A stretch of DNA of 63,983 bases, filler included, from Rhabdomonas costata (GCA_019059605.1; 27 parts of 27 records of this genome joined end to end with filler, not necessarily neighbours in it), one strand, 5' to 3'; positions 26,901-39,994 are shown, numbered from the whole stretch's first letter. The notes: generated from the sequence alone by a model not told the origin. Numbers and translations: made by a program.

Positions 26901-27741
26901 CATCCATCAAGTGTATTTTGGGACACCCCCCATTTATAGTAAATTTGACGGACCCAGATCCAGAGAGCGGATGCATTGAAGGTGTGTTGCGCAGGGGGGC
27001 TACGCCCCCCCACCAATCTGCATCTAGGGACACGTGCATCGCTCCCTAACCACCTGTGACGTCTGCTATCTCGTCCTACGCCACCCGTGCATCGCCACCA
27101 AACCCCAAGCGAGGCCTGTCATGCTCTAATAGGTGGACGAGACGTTCACCGTACAGGGTCAGTAAAATGCACCGCAAATGGGGAAGGGGCCCCAACACCA
27201 GCGCCGAATTTCTCTAATCCAAGAAAGACGGAGGGAGATGCGCGGTGGTAGCACTGAAGTACGATGATTAGCACGGCCAAAGGCAACGCAGTACGCAGTG
27301 TTCAGTGAATTCAGGCGAGGCAACAGCACCAAACAAGAAGGCGCTGAGTGGGCGCCGATGCGTATCCTAGCTATACACGAAGGACTCCGAGCAGTGATGG
27401 CTCCATCCGTACAATGCCGAGATGGAACGCCCCACCCGCGGTATCAATGTGACCGGGGAACTCCGCAAAGGCCCGGCCCCCACACCACGAAAGCCTTATG
27501 CACGAACCCAACAACGAGACACACACATACCGCAAACAAAAATCAATTGCCTTGCGCAACAGAGAAAAAACGTGCGGAAGAGTGAAGCAGAGTGCCGCGC
27601 GTGTGGGCGAGTGCAAAACTGGGTCTCTGGTGGCTCGACCCGCAAAAACAACCCAAACAATGAAAGCACCACAGCCCCTCCCCGGAGCTTACCCAAATTA
27701 CAGTCTCTTTAGAACTCCATTGGGGTCGGTCCCGAAGCGGA

Positions 27742-27796
27742 ACTGCTGCTACTGCTGCTGCTGCTGCTACTGCTGCTACTGCTGCTGCTGCTGCTG
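27742..27796. repeat. (CTG/CTA)n trinucleotide repeat
   Basis: About 18 units seen directly. On the minus strand it can read as poly-Ser in MAPDPQAFRDWLKAQGL...SSSS...PMEF*. Confidence 0.9.
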
Positions 27797-29997
27797 GCAG
27801 TGGTGGGTGCCACTGCATCCGCAGGGGCAGTGGAGGTGCCACCGCGGGGGTTTTTGGTGAGTCCCTGCGCCTTCAACCAGTCCCGGAATGCCTGCGGGGT
27901 CCGGCGCCATTTACTTAGGCAGAGGGAAAAGTTTTACCATTAAACAGCAAGATGTCATATTTGTCGCCTATGGCCACGGAACACGAAAAGCAACCCAGCA
28001 GACACATTGCCTCCTCAGTCCATAAAATACGACTACCCCACTCGAAAAACACAAATTAGTTCCAACCAGCTTAAATAATCCATCACAACACAAAGGCAAA
28101 AAGACACCGCCCCAGCTTCCGAGACCTAAACTCCTTGCACCTTTTCATTTGGAAATTCAAACTTGAATGATAGAAGCCCACCCTTCTGCTTCATGGTGCG
28201 TGCGCCAGACATCCCTGCAGAAGTCAGAAGCCGACAAGGGTTTCTCGCCCCGCTGGTGGGCGCCGGGTGGGGAGGACTCAGAGTGTCTTTCGCGCGTTTG
28301 TGTACATAAGCCTGGGACACGTGGGGCAGGCGGAGGGTCTTGGCCTGTTGTCTGGTGAGCCGGCACCCCACGTCTGACAACAGAGCTATNNNNNNNNNNN
28401 NNNNNNNNNNNNNNNNNNNNNNNNNNNNNNNNNTTAATTAATTAANNNNNNNNNNNNNNNNNNNNNNNNNNNNNNNNNNNNNNNNNNNNGTGGGGGGGGT
28501 TCGGACCAGTGCTATGGACTGCCACTTCAGCGAGCGGTTTTGAGCTTAATAATGGGCATGGTGCAGTTCGATTAGAAATGGGCACCACACCCTGCGTTTG
28601 ATTTCTTCAAGGCATTGCATATCATAGGAGCGGCCCACCCATAGGATCGCTCTTGTGGCATTAGAAGCGGTGGATGGCAGCTTGAAAAGGTGACTATATT
28701 GAGTATTCAGTTTCTCAGAAGGCACATCGGATGAGATATGTTGTGCTCTCTTCCTACCATCGCATCACGCCTAAAAGCACAGCCCAATAAACTGTAAAGA
28801 AGGGCAGTATGCAATGTCCTGTTGCCAAAAGCTGATAAATGGTCCACGATCATGATCATAATCATCCTACCAAATTAAACAATGAAGTGAACAAAGCGCA
28901 GCACCATGGGGTTGTGCTGCCTGAATTGCACGGGAGGGAGGACAAGTTGGGGCGGGTTCTCGATGGCAGAGGCAGTGTTCGCCACGGGATTGGGCATGGG
29001 AGAAAAAAAGGCGGCCAACACAGGTTGCGGGCTCCACATTGCTTTCGGCTCAGCACCCAAGGTCACCGCGAAAAAGAAAACGAGGGAATCAGCGATGACG
29101 AAAATCAGCGTAGAAGTTCAATCAACCGCCCAGTTACCTACAAAAAGATGACAAAAAAACAGGGAAAATGAAGTTGATGGCACATTTAGCTGGTGAAGGT
29201 GGCCCGGGAGGTGTTCTGCGTGCAGTTCAAGATCTGCAGAGTCGTTACGACGAGCCATCAGCACCCAATCCGTTGCTCGACATGCACCACAATCCAGCAA
29301 AGGTTCATTGTGGAGGGAGTTTGAATAATATGCCTTAACGCATACTTATGGAAAGACTGCATCTACAGGCTCACTTTGAGGACATGACCGACGAAACATG
29401 GGTTTACTGCGCTCTGGATTTTGTTAGTGGTCTGCAATGGAAGGAAAGGCTAATCATTCAATCTCATCTCGCTCCGAGACTGGGACGACGCCCCTCAACA
29501 ACAGAGGCATATGCAGATTAGAATGCGTTGGATGGTTCCTTCGGGTGACGGGAAAAGGAGTCTACTGTACAATAGCTCGTTATCAATTACGAAGACAGTT
29601 CTGAGAAAGCTGAGAAACTGAACGTCTCATTATGGAGAACGGTGAAGTACAACTGCTGCGTAGGTGGATTACGGCTGCATTGCACGAGAACGGAGAGTGC
29701 GCAAGTGCAAAAAGTAGGGCGGGAAAAAGGAAGGTGGAGCAGAAACACGAAAAATGAATAGGTCTGGTACAACGCAAAAGCGGAGATGTGATACAAGATG
29801 GCGCAGGCTCAGCGGTCGGACGTACAGAAAAGCACAGATCAAAAAAACGAGAGATCCATAAAACCGTGCACACCATTAGCACCAGCAAACTTAACAGCTT
29901 ACAGCTGCGGCAAAAAGAGGACCGCAGCCTGCGGACAAGGGGGACAGAGTGCCCAAGGGAATCCTACTTTGGTGCAGCGGCCTTTTCCTTCGGATTC

Positions 29998-30000
<3 letters not shown>

Positions 30001-30032
<32 letters not shown>

Positions 30033-30048
30033 CTCTCTCTCTCTCTCT
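30001..30048. repeat. Compound (CA)n(CT)n microsatellite
   Basis: Seen directly. Confidence 0.95.
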
Positions 30049-31760
30049 TGCCTTCACTACAGAGCATGTACCAGCACTATACTATCAACAGAATCGCAAA
30101 GAAAGGGCGAAAGTCAACTCGAGATGATTCAATGCTGCACGGCTCAACCATATGAGTATATGTGGGAGAGTTGGCGGGGAAGGGGGAGGTTCACGTTTTG
30201 CAGTGCCAGTGCTGAACGGTTTTTTTTTGGTTTTTATGACCTGTGGAATTGCCATTGCTGGGCATTGGTGGACGAGTTGGTCATATTTATTGAGGCGGAG
30301 GCCAGTCTGCCGTGCGGCCGGAAGCGGGAGGCTGAGTCGGGACGTTCCATGGGGTGGGCGATGCTCCAGTGTTGAACATGAGCGCTGAGCCCTTATGTGC
30401 CCCCTATATGGGAGTGAGTATTCAGTCAGGAAATTCGTGGAAGGATACGGGAGCATCGTGGGGACACCAAGTTTTACGAAAAAAAAAAACTGAAACCACA
30501 TATAGAATAAACTCTAATTACGCCAGATACTTGGGTGTGTAAGACGATTTAGAATTAGACTTCTTTGGCCAGCCTAAAGAGCTTCAGGGGTTCTTTTCAG
30601 GAGCAACCCTGTGTCCCTCGCATTTCAACCTCGCTTAACAAAGAAAATCCTAGGGAGGAAGCGAGTGAAATCAGATAGGGGATAGTTCTTGGGGAATAGT
30701 GCGTTTACTACAATACGATTTCATGATAAAAATTGGGTCATCATGGAAAGTGCAGCATCAAAAACNNNNNNNNNNNNNNNNNNNNNNNNNNNNNNNNNNN
30801 NNNNNNNNNTTAATTAATTAANNNNNNNNNNNNNNNNNNNNNNNNNNNNNNNNNNNNNNNNNNNNTGTTTGTGTTAGGACTTTGTCGTTTTTCTTTGGCA
30901 TGTGTTGAATGAGTCAGAAATATCGTCGATCTGGTCATTGTTTCTTATATCATAAATTAATGTTGTTTTGCCACAATCAATTCTGGTCACCAAGATGTCG
31001 AAACGCCTCTCACTGATTCTGTTGCCTTTTGATTATTATTTTGGTTCCAGTTCTGCCTCAGTGTTTGGGTCGTCCGTTGGGGCAAACCAAAGCGCCAAGC
31101 ACAACGGCATACAGCGTCAATCGCACATTGGCACCAGCACGAGGATTCGACCAATTAGGCCGAATAGTAGTAGAGAGACACAAAACTGGACGCACAGCAT
31201 TTCCAATTCAAAAGTTAATTTGGTGATTCAGATTGATTCGCAATGCCCCCCCCCGCCCCCAAGCGTGCAACCCGTGTGTTGGATCTGCTTCGCGGCGCTC
31301 TCAGCGCGAACTGCCCTTGAAAGTGCCCCGGATAACCCCAAAACCAAGGAGCACCTTCTGCCACGTCGAATTTTCCAGCATAACGCTCCAGGCTTAACTC
31401 CAGCACGGACCCCTCCGCCATCCATCGCCGTTAGGATTCGGAAGAGTAAAACTTACCCACAAAAGTATGCAAGGCAAACTCAGAAAAGTCTGAAAATCAG
31501 TCGGTACGCTTGCAGTGATGTCCCAATGCTAAGTGCATATAATAAGCTGCGTACATGCATATGCGCTTGTCCCTTCAACCTTTTTTATATAGCCTTTTTC
31601 GGGGTTGGAGCAAAGTTGCTCTTAGAGCGTCAGATACGGTTCTGTAATCCCACCCTTTCAAAATTTCGGAATTCCTGAGTGATGTTTGGTTGCTTAATCG
31701 CTTTTCGCGTTCTTTAATTGCATCACATTTCACTTCTGCAGGGTTTTTTCCCTCGAGAGA

Positions 31761-32492
31761 ATGTCTATCCCTCGGCTTCCTTCTCTTGTGTTGACAAAGA
31801 CGGTCTTGGACAACCTTGCTGCTCTCGAGGACGCCGTGGATAGCAGCACAGCCGTCCTTGTGGAGGGCCTAACGGGCTCCGGAAAGACCTCACTGATCTC
31901 CCACTTGGCTTCAAAGCGAAATCAAAAGCTCATTACTGTCAACATTGACGACAGCTTTGACGCGAAGGATCTGTTGGGGAGTTATGTTTGCAGCGAAACC
32001 CCCGGTGTGCACAGGCCTTTGCCTTGCAGAAAAGGTTCCAGGCTTTCTCCTTGACCATTCGGCCAGAAAGGTCAATTGTCGTTGCCATTGTCGTTGCCAA
32101 TGCCGTTGCCGTTGCCAAGTGCCGTAGCCGTGGCCTTGAAATGGCCGTGGCCGTGGCCGTTTCCGTGGCCGCTGCCGTAGCCGTAGCCGTAGCCGTTGCC
32201 GTTCCCGTTGCCGTTGTTGCCGAGGTAGCCGAGTTTGGCATATCATCTTCTACCTTTTTTGTGTTTTTAGGGACGTACGTGGTGCAGGAGGGGCCCCTCA
32301 CCGTTGCCGCTCGGCAAGGGCGTTAGATCGTGATTGAGGATCTGGACCTGGCTTCATTTGACGTGCTGTCGGTGCTGATCCCTTTGATAGACACGGGCAC
32401 GCTTTGCCTGCAGGACCGCGAAATCCCCGCTGCGCCGGTGTGTTTTGTGATCTTGATCTCCCCCACTTGAACCCTTTTAACAGGATTTCCAG
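31761..32492 (+). CDS. MDN1: Midasin (Rea1) AAA+ ATPase, first AAA module; exons 31761-32004, 32271-32437 and a probable micro-exon from 32484; in-frame TAG at 32324-32326
   Basis: VLVEGLTGSGKTSLISHLA (Walker A)...DDSFDAKDLLGSYVCSETPG|TYVVQEGPLTVAARQGR*IVIEDLDLASFDVLSVLIPLI...IPAAP|DFQ follows the midasin D1 pattern (DxKxLxGxY, GxLTxAxxxGRWVLIED, AAxGFQ). Confidence 0.9.
32075..32232. repeat. Degenerate hexamer repeat (GCCGTD)n inside midasin intron 1
   Basis: Tandem GCCGTT/GCCGTA/GCCGTG units seen directly. Confidence 0.9.
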
Positions 32493-33619
32493 GCCAATTC
32501 CGTTTGACTTATGACTGGAAATCTCTCTGAGCCGACGCGGGGCGCGGTGCACTTTCAAAGAGTTAGGGAAAATTGTCAGTGTTTTCGTTATTTTGAATTT
32601 TTCAGGAGTTTAGTGTCGCTCAACGGAACCTGAAACTTTGCACTCGAAACTTACTTTGAACTTTTTTAAGGTTCTTTCTTGATTCAGTTTTTAAGCCTAT
32701 GACCGCATATCGCACCCACATCTTCAACTCAGAATAAAAACATTCCCCCCCCCCCATATCGCCCACTGAAATATAAAGATATACCCCCATAACCTTTCTT
32801 CATGTTTTTCTGCAGTCATGATATTTGCCTTTGAATTGAACTTTCAGATCTTTCACATTGAACTCTCTGATTGGCGCAACCCGTGTTTCCACGCTAATCA
32901 TCTTCTTGGCCCCGCCTACTTTCGCTTCGCCTCTCTATCTATTTTATCTGCTGAGCGTGCATAGCACAAAACCTGCGCTGCGCTGGGGAAAAGCACTACA
33001 CGAAAAAAAAAGGAAGAGCCGCTGACAGGCACAAGTGGGTACCAGCTTGAGGGCTCAAGCATTGGTCATAAAGCGTTTCGAGAGGCCCACTTTACATAGA
33101 AATGACCGCGGGCCTGCTTCGGCTTCTGCCCACCAACNNNNNNNNNNNNNNNNNNNNNNNNNNNNNNNNNNNNNNNNNNNNTTAATTAATTAANNNNNNN
33201 NNNNNNNNNNNNNNNNNNNNNNNNNNNNNNNNNNNNNGTGTGGGTGTGTTTGGGGTTGTGGGGCGCGTTCGCGGAAGCACCCATGGTTGCGGCTCCACCT
33301 GCCGCCGCCGCAACCGCAGGTTCTCTGAACAAAGTAAATATTGGGTCAAGAGGTTTCGCGTCGTTTCCCTCCAGTGTGGACCAGTCGCTAGTTGCACATT
33401 GCCTCTTTTCCTGACAGCTGATTGCCCTTGATTACCCACGGGCTGAGAGCACAAGGCGGCAACTGAGTTTTCAAAAAAAAAAAAGAGGTCCTGAGAGATG
33501 GGAGAGTACGATACGAATAGGCATATGGAATTGGAATCCTGTGAATTGCAGAATTCTGTGCTTGGCGGCCGTGGCAGTTTACCCGCCCATCAACTGTGAT
33601 GTGATTTTTTCTTCTGTAG

Positions 33620-35509
33620 AGACGGCGCAGAGCTCGCATTCGGAAGCTGCGGTAATCATCCGCCGCCCTGCCAATGCTTCCGCAGCCGGCGCGTCCTTGG
33701 ATGACATTTTTTCATCTGTCACGGTGACTCCCAAGTCCTCAGCTGCCCCTGCTGCTTCTGCGGCTGCACCCGCTCCGCAGCGGTTCGTTCCTCGAGAGCC
33801 CTTTTTTGCACTGCTCCCCAGCCAGTGAAACGACTGTCGTTTTGCGTGGTCTGGATAACCATAGCATTCCATAAGCATTCATTGAATCCAATCAGTATTT
33901 TCAACCCAGCCATTGTCCGAGACGGAGTTATTGCCCTTAACCCTTACGGGTCTGCCCAGTCTTAAGTAATATTGTGCCTTTGGAGGTCTTGGTGTGTGCT
34001 ATCTCGGTCTTGTAACTAGTGTGAGGAACGAATGTGTCTCCGGTCCACGTCAGCATCGTTTCCACTCCTTCTCTGGGGTTCACCAGCCAAGTCTTCATTG
34101 ATGTGCTCCAGCATGATGTCCTTGGTCCCGCCTGCACTGTTTTGCTTCTGTCATTCTTCGTGCATCTGTGTAATCGAACAGGCGAGACAGTACAGTGGCG
34201 CCGTCGAAGGATTCCCTAGAGCTTGACTTCGTTGCTGCTTCATCGGTGCCTGTCAAGTCCACCAGCCATGTGGGTCCCCCACTGGCCCCGAGCTCAGCAG
34301 GGACGGGGACTGGGGCTGGGGTTCCCCAGGCAGGCATGTGCACAACCGCCCCACACCACCCTTTGTCAGACATGTTGCTATGTCTCCACAAGAAACAGGA
34401 CCTCAGTCCAAAATTATGTGGAAATTTTCCTGTGTTTCTTGTGTTTCCTGTTCGTCTTCCTGGGTGTCCTGTGCATTGCGAAAGCAGGTTGGTTGTAATG
34501 GCAGGGGTGGGAGGAGTACCTCACCCAAGGGATGCACCAAGCTTTGTTGCTTTAAGAGTGCATTTGGTCAAAATCCTTATATTGAAAAACTTATTCTCAA
34601 CCTTTTTTGTGGTATTAATGCGCGCACCTGGATGTAACTTTTTTCGAGCCTTTTTTCGCTTCGGAGCCTTGGAGCCTTGTTCCGTCCTCAGTGTGAATTG
34701 TTAAGGGTGCATTCGGTATATTTTTTTTTCTCAAGCTGAGGTTCAGTGCTTGTTGACGGGGCTGATTTCTTTGCAGCGAGGCGAGACTCTGTAGAAAGAT
34801 CAAAAGTGGCCCAAGTGACTCCTGCCGACTCATTGACCGCTGATCAGATGGGTGACCTCGTGGCGCCTGAGCCTCCCTTGACTGCCTCCCGGCCCAGCGA
34901 AGGCAGCCACTACCCCCCCCCTGGTGCCCCGCGACGGTATGCAACCATCTGAAAGGCAGGGGAGTTATCGCGCCCGGGATGTACAGATGTGGGCGCGTGG
35001 GAGTTGTTTGCCTGTGGGTGTTGCCGATTAACGCTTCACGCTTCACTCAACTGACGTACCCTCGGCTTATTCTAGCAATCACTCCTGTTGGATGATTTTG
35101 CTTTCATTCCCGTTTGCAGTTTTGTTATTCAACTTGAGTCTTACGAAGTTTTCTAATGAAACCATTGAAAAAGGAGATGTGTGCATCTGTGCGTTGGATG
35201 GTGGGCCCGATCCCACAAGGGCAGTGTCAGCGCAGAACTCTGGGAATCAGTGTTGAGATCTCTTAACGCGCCATACTATGTGGAACAGGGGGAAGACCAA
35301 ACCTGCGTGACAAGGGAGAATGATAAGGCACCGGGGAACAGTCCAAGGAGAAAAAGGACATCGAATCATCCCCGGAAAACAATACTTTTGCCAAGTGCAC
35401 AGAGTTTGAGAATGTGTGTGCACGTGTGCATCTGCAGCCCCTCCCAAGGTCCTTCTGCCGAACCAGACCTCCTCAGCTTCATCGCGGCTCCTCTCCAGCA
35501 AAACCCCAC
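33620..35509 (+). CDS. Low-complexity Ser/Ala/Pro-rich protein, about 4 exons; possibly an endocytic adaptor-like disordered region
   Basis: AG/GT-bounded GC-rich blocks encode SLDDIFSS, SLELDFVA and EPDLLSFIAAP. The DLL/DIF motifs are only suggestive. Confidence 0.4.
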
Positions 35510-36580
35510 NNNNNNNNNNNNNNNNNNNNNNNNNNNNNNNNNNNNNNNNNNNNTTAATTAATTAANNNNNNNNNNNNNNNNNNNNNNNNNNNNNNNNNNN
35601 NNNNNNNNNCTGCGGATGTGATGTGCTGTTCGGTCTTGTCCTCATTGGATCAGGCTTTCTCCTCCGCACTGTGGTCAGGTTCCCCAGCTCTGCCGAATAC
35701 CCAATGGTAAAGCACCCCGCGGAGGGAGATTTTCACGTTGCCTGCCCATTGCAACTCAACGCTTCCTTCGTAGAGGTTGCGGAGGTTATGCCAGATGCCT
35801 TGTTCGTTGTCGTGCCGGTTTTCGGGGAATTAGTGTGTCTCTCCAGCTTGGAAGTACTGCCCCCAAACAAACGAGGTACTTTCCTGCTGATGTCGTAATT
35901 AACAGCGCCACCGTCGCGCGTGATGAAGCGGTGGTTTCCAGTCTCGAGTTCGGAGAGATGACTGGCGAGCTGTTAGATCAAGGACCGTGCGGGAGACGGC
36001 CACAGCTCCGTGACTGCATCATGACTGCATAGTTGAATCACCGGCCGCTGCCCGTCATCGAGCGCTCCTTTCACCGTCGGCGAACGCCGACATCGACCCG
36101 CCCATTGCCCCGCTACCGGCTGCCGACCTCAACGAGCTCGCCTTGCAGGCCGACTAAGAGGATAGCTCACTGGCCAAGTGGCCAAGAGCACCGCTTCTCA
36201 CACAAACAACAAATCTATGCATTGTGGCGCCGAACACCCTCAATCAAAGCAGTAGTGGGCCTGCTCCATTGGGTAATCTGACTTCGTCGCTGCTTAGGCA
36301 AAGCAGAACCCAGCTGAGCAGACTGTGCGCCTGTTGGCGTACCTCTGCTCCCTCTGGGACGAGCCTATACCCTTGACAATTCCAATAGAGAGCCCATTCA
36401 AGCCACCGGACACACCGCCACCATCGTAGCAGTGTATGGATTGCAATCAAAGGGGCTGTATCTCGTGTTGCTCAGCACACAGCTGACACAGAGCATGGAA
36501 GAATTGCGTCGCGTCTGGGTTCCCTTTTCACTTGACTACCCGTGGAACGTTTGGTAGTTTGTATTCGACCAATCGGAAAG

Positions 36581-36815
36581 GGGTCTGAAGGCCTTTGTGA
36601 AGTACGTGCCGCGGGAGGTGGTGCGAATGATGCTGGCTGGGGAGATGGAGGTGTCGACGATGTTGCGGCGGGTGGTGAGCATCCTTTTTATGGACATCGC
36701 GGGGTTCAGCAGCCTGTGTGAGCGCATCGTGACGGACCAGCTGATGCAGTTGACGCAGGAGTACCTGCAGGCGATGTGCGAGGTGATCGTGGCCTCTAAG
36801 GGAACGTTGGACAAG
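36581..36815 (+). CDS. Class III adenylate/guanylate cyclase, internal exon
   Basis: GLKAFVKYVPREVVRMML...RVVSILFMDIAGFSSLCE...EYLQAMCEVIVASKGTLDK|gt contains the first metal-binding Asp (FxDIxGF) and GTLDK. Confidence 0.92.
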
Positions 36816-37269
36816 GTTTGGTGCTTTAGGGCTACCTCTTCTTTGGAAATCCTTTGCTGGAAAAATGATGGTTTTGAGGGAGTGCGTTTGGGCCCCTAGG
36901 GTGGCAGTTGAGTGCTGGTGTATGCAGTAGAGAAGTACTTATTTCTGTTTGTGTACTAGCGGCGGCCTTCGCGGTTGTCTCAACGCAGGTGCTTTTCTTC
37001 CTGGTCTTTCGCTTGTGATCTCTTCGTGTACACTTGGATGAAAACTCGAGAGCAGAAAATAAAACTGCCTTTAAGATTGCATGTGGGCGAGCACGTGCCA
37101 AAGGGACCAGGTTGTATGCCGTGCTTACGTGCTTAGCATGCTGCAAGCTCGGAAGTGGGGTGGTTGCTAACGATTTTGGCCGGAAAGTCAGCAAATACTG
37201 CCAGCCACTCTGGTCGTCCCCTGCACTTCTTGGCGTTGACGTATCGCTGTATACGGCAGCACTGCTCCT

Positions 37270-37600
37270 CGTAGGGCCTGTTCAACAAAGAAGGATCAGG
37301 AAAGGCTTTCTGACTGCTCGAAGGTCTTAACTATGGCATTTTTGGATCACCTGCAGTCTATAACACGGGCGCCCTAGAGTCTCAGAAACGAGGACCTCCA
37401 CAACTTCACGTTTGCCGAAAAGCTGCAACACCCAGCGTTTGCTTCGAAGGCAGAGAAAGCTGATTTCGTGGACGCTAACGTATCCGCCCAGATGCCCTCT
37501 GACACGGATGACGCGGAACTTGTGAGGAAGTTTATGGTTCACGGGTGCAAACCTCCACACTGCAAGTTTTGCCAGAAATATCTGCCGACGTCATCTAAAG
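37270..37600 (+). mobile_element. Degenerate Helitron Rep (HUH endonuclease) fragment downstream of the cyclase exon
   Basis: LLEGLNYGIFGSPAVYNTGALESQKRGPPQLHVC resembles the Helitron motif IFG...xEFQKRGLPHxH. After a frameshift comes FVDANVSAQMP...AELVRKFMVHGC...C..C.KYLP. Confidence 0.75.
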
Positions 37601-38259
37601 AGAGCAGGTTCTTCTTGGCAGCGCTGAGGAAATTGCGGCATTCTGCAAAAAGCATCTTTTTCTGGACCTAAGGGCCTTCTCAACGCAAACAGGAAGAACA
37701 GTTGGTGAGTTTGGACCACCTGAACCAACCTCCAGGACGTGATTAACACGCTTGTCCATGTTTTAAATCCCGACGACTCCGACGGCTCTCAAAGGAAGAA
37801 ACCTCAAGAAAGGGGAGGATGTGAATCTTTCATGAACGTCAAAGGTGTTGGCAGATGATAAATGGGGGGGGGGGGGCTGCNNNNNNNNNNNNNNNNNNNN
37901 NNNNNNNNNNNNNNNNNNNNNNNNTTAATTAATTAANNNNNNNNNNNNNNNNNNNNNNNNNNNNNNNNNNNNNNNNNNNNTTTTTTTTTTGTTTTTTTAT
38001 GCTTTACCCTCCCGACTTCCGTAAAAGCCTCCATCTGGGCAGCACTGTGCATTCAAACGGCCTTCGCACAAGCTAAGAAGGCCAGTAAGTACCTATGGAG
38101 TCAGGACACAGAAGCAGAGACCTATGATTGGTTGCACACAACTTAACATTTGCAATGAAAACATCTTCGAAGAAGACGAATGAGAAGCGAGAAACAAAGC
38201 AGTGCACATGAAGCCGCTTACACGTCAAGAGCAAAAGAAAACAAGGATAGACATCCAGA

Positions 38260-39150
38260 CCGGGTGCAAGTGGCTCTGCTGCACGCTGTAACCATGGAGC
38301 CTCTCCACCAGTATCCGAGCAGCGGCGCTGTTCATGTCTGCCAGCTCCCTGTGGCGTGTGTGTGTGTGTGTGTGATGGATGCGTCAGCTGCGCTGCGCTT
38401 TCAAAGCGAATATAAGATGATCAATTTTGAAAATGAAAATCAATACCGAAGGCCCGGCTGCTGATATTGGTCTCGTTGCCGCGATTTGCTAAACCACCAA
38501 AACTGGCAGCAATTGTCATTGCACCATAAGTTTGCACGTCGGCTGGCAGCGGAAAGAATGGAGATATGGCGACGCTCCCAGAAGGGCATCCATTTTGAGT
38601 GTAGCTTCCCTTCTTGAACGCAACAACGTATGACGCCCCCCACCCAAAAAAAAGCATAAGGTTGGGTTGGTAACAGAAAGCTCTCTCGCCCTGCCGCATC
38701 TGCAAGATCTTCAGCCCCTGAAAAACAGACCTCTTCAGCTCTTCCAGCTCATCGTAATACAGGGGCAAGGCAGGGTGTTGCATCTCCAGAGATAGCTCGT
38801 TGAAGAATGTCTGTCAAAGAAAACAAACGCGGGAAATGCATCACAGCAGAGATTCGGTTACCATCAAACAGCCGCTCTTATGCAGCACTGATTTCAGTAA
38901 CCATTCATAGGGATGGTTACGATTTTCGTTCTCCTCAACAGAACTTCCCGCTTTTTTTTTGGGGGGGGGCTTCATTTGTCATTTCATGTCATTTCAAACA
39001 CAAACAACAACAGCAACATTCTGAGCACAGACATACCTCCGCAGCTTCCATTGCGCCCGGAGCAAGCGAAGAAGAGGATAGACCTCCAAACCCAGACCCA
39101 GATGAAGGGCCCATCGTACTTCGAGCCATGGGCAACCCGCGGGCGTCCAC
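38260..39150 (-). CDS. Unknown protein, three exons (to ~39037, 38810-38731, from 38348)
   Basis: Phase-compatible GT-AG splicing gives ...LAPGAMEAAE|TFFNELSLEMQHPALPLYYDELEELKR|ELADMNSAAARILVERLHGYSVQQSHLHP. Confidence 0.55.
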
Positions 39151-39994
39151 AAAAGAAAGAAAAGGTGATCACGGCGACTCACCTCAAAATGTCCAGCATA
39201 CCACAAACAAGGAACTGATCAGCAGACACCAAAAACCACAAGCAACGACACCATCACATTTCAGGGGCATCAACTCTCGCCTGGTGTTGGGGCAACTAGT
39301 TGGATACAGTACCTCAAATCTTCATCTCTGCTCATGGAAAAGTCTCCATGTTGGGGCATGCAACGGGGAGTTGCCAAGAATCGTCAAGAATATTCGCAGA
39401 CACAGCAATCACCCTACAGGCATGGGGATGAAAAACGGGAACTCACATCAAAATATTCACAAAAGGCTTTGGTCTCGCCGGGGCCTGGCCCAGTAGCATC
39501 AAACAACAACAAAAAGTAACAAACAGACTCACAAAGCAGCACGCTTTAGAGTGCGGGAGAGGGGGCACTACCCGACACTCACGAAACTAACTGGCAGGGC
39601 AAGGGGGACTCTCTAGGCTAAAAGTTGACTCTAAAGGAGTATGCCGGGAGGGTGCCGCCCGACATCCCCTGGCCTGCCAGCGTGGGGTAGTTCGAGAAGT
39701 CCGACACTGCAAGGGCACAGAGGCAAGCAAGGCTTTCTTCGTTCACTGAGGACAGTTAGTTGCGTTTGTTTGTTCGCGTTTGTTCGCGTTTGGTGAAAAG
39801 AGGGAAAGGGAACCCACACACTGACCTGGATGTGAACGGTAACCATTGTTACGGATACTCTCAGGCGCTGAAATCGGCTCGAATCCATATCACGGTCTAG
39901 CATGCTGGTCTCGATTAGGCGTTAGGCTGAAGGCAACTCTGGGAAAGGGAACATGCACAAACACAACTGAAGGAGAGCGGTGATGGAAAGAAAA

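Noticed and set aside
28490..29950. Possible LINE RT relic (NNRGICRL...GKGVYCTI)
   Set aside because: One weak motif among many stops; no QG or YxDD motif found.
10966..32326. Genome-wide TAG reassignment (alternative genetic code)
   Set aside because: The two in-frame TAGs fall at different expected residues (Glu and Trp). TGG and GAG are used normally, and TAG ends plausible terminal exons at 50519 and 53021.
31911..32326. Arg/Gln-, Thr/Ala- and Val/Ala-repeat ORFs in the ORF track
   Set aside because: These are translations of an intronic hexamer microsatellite.
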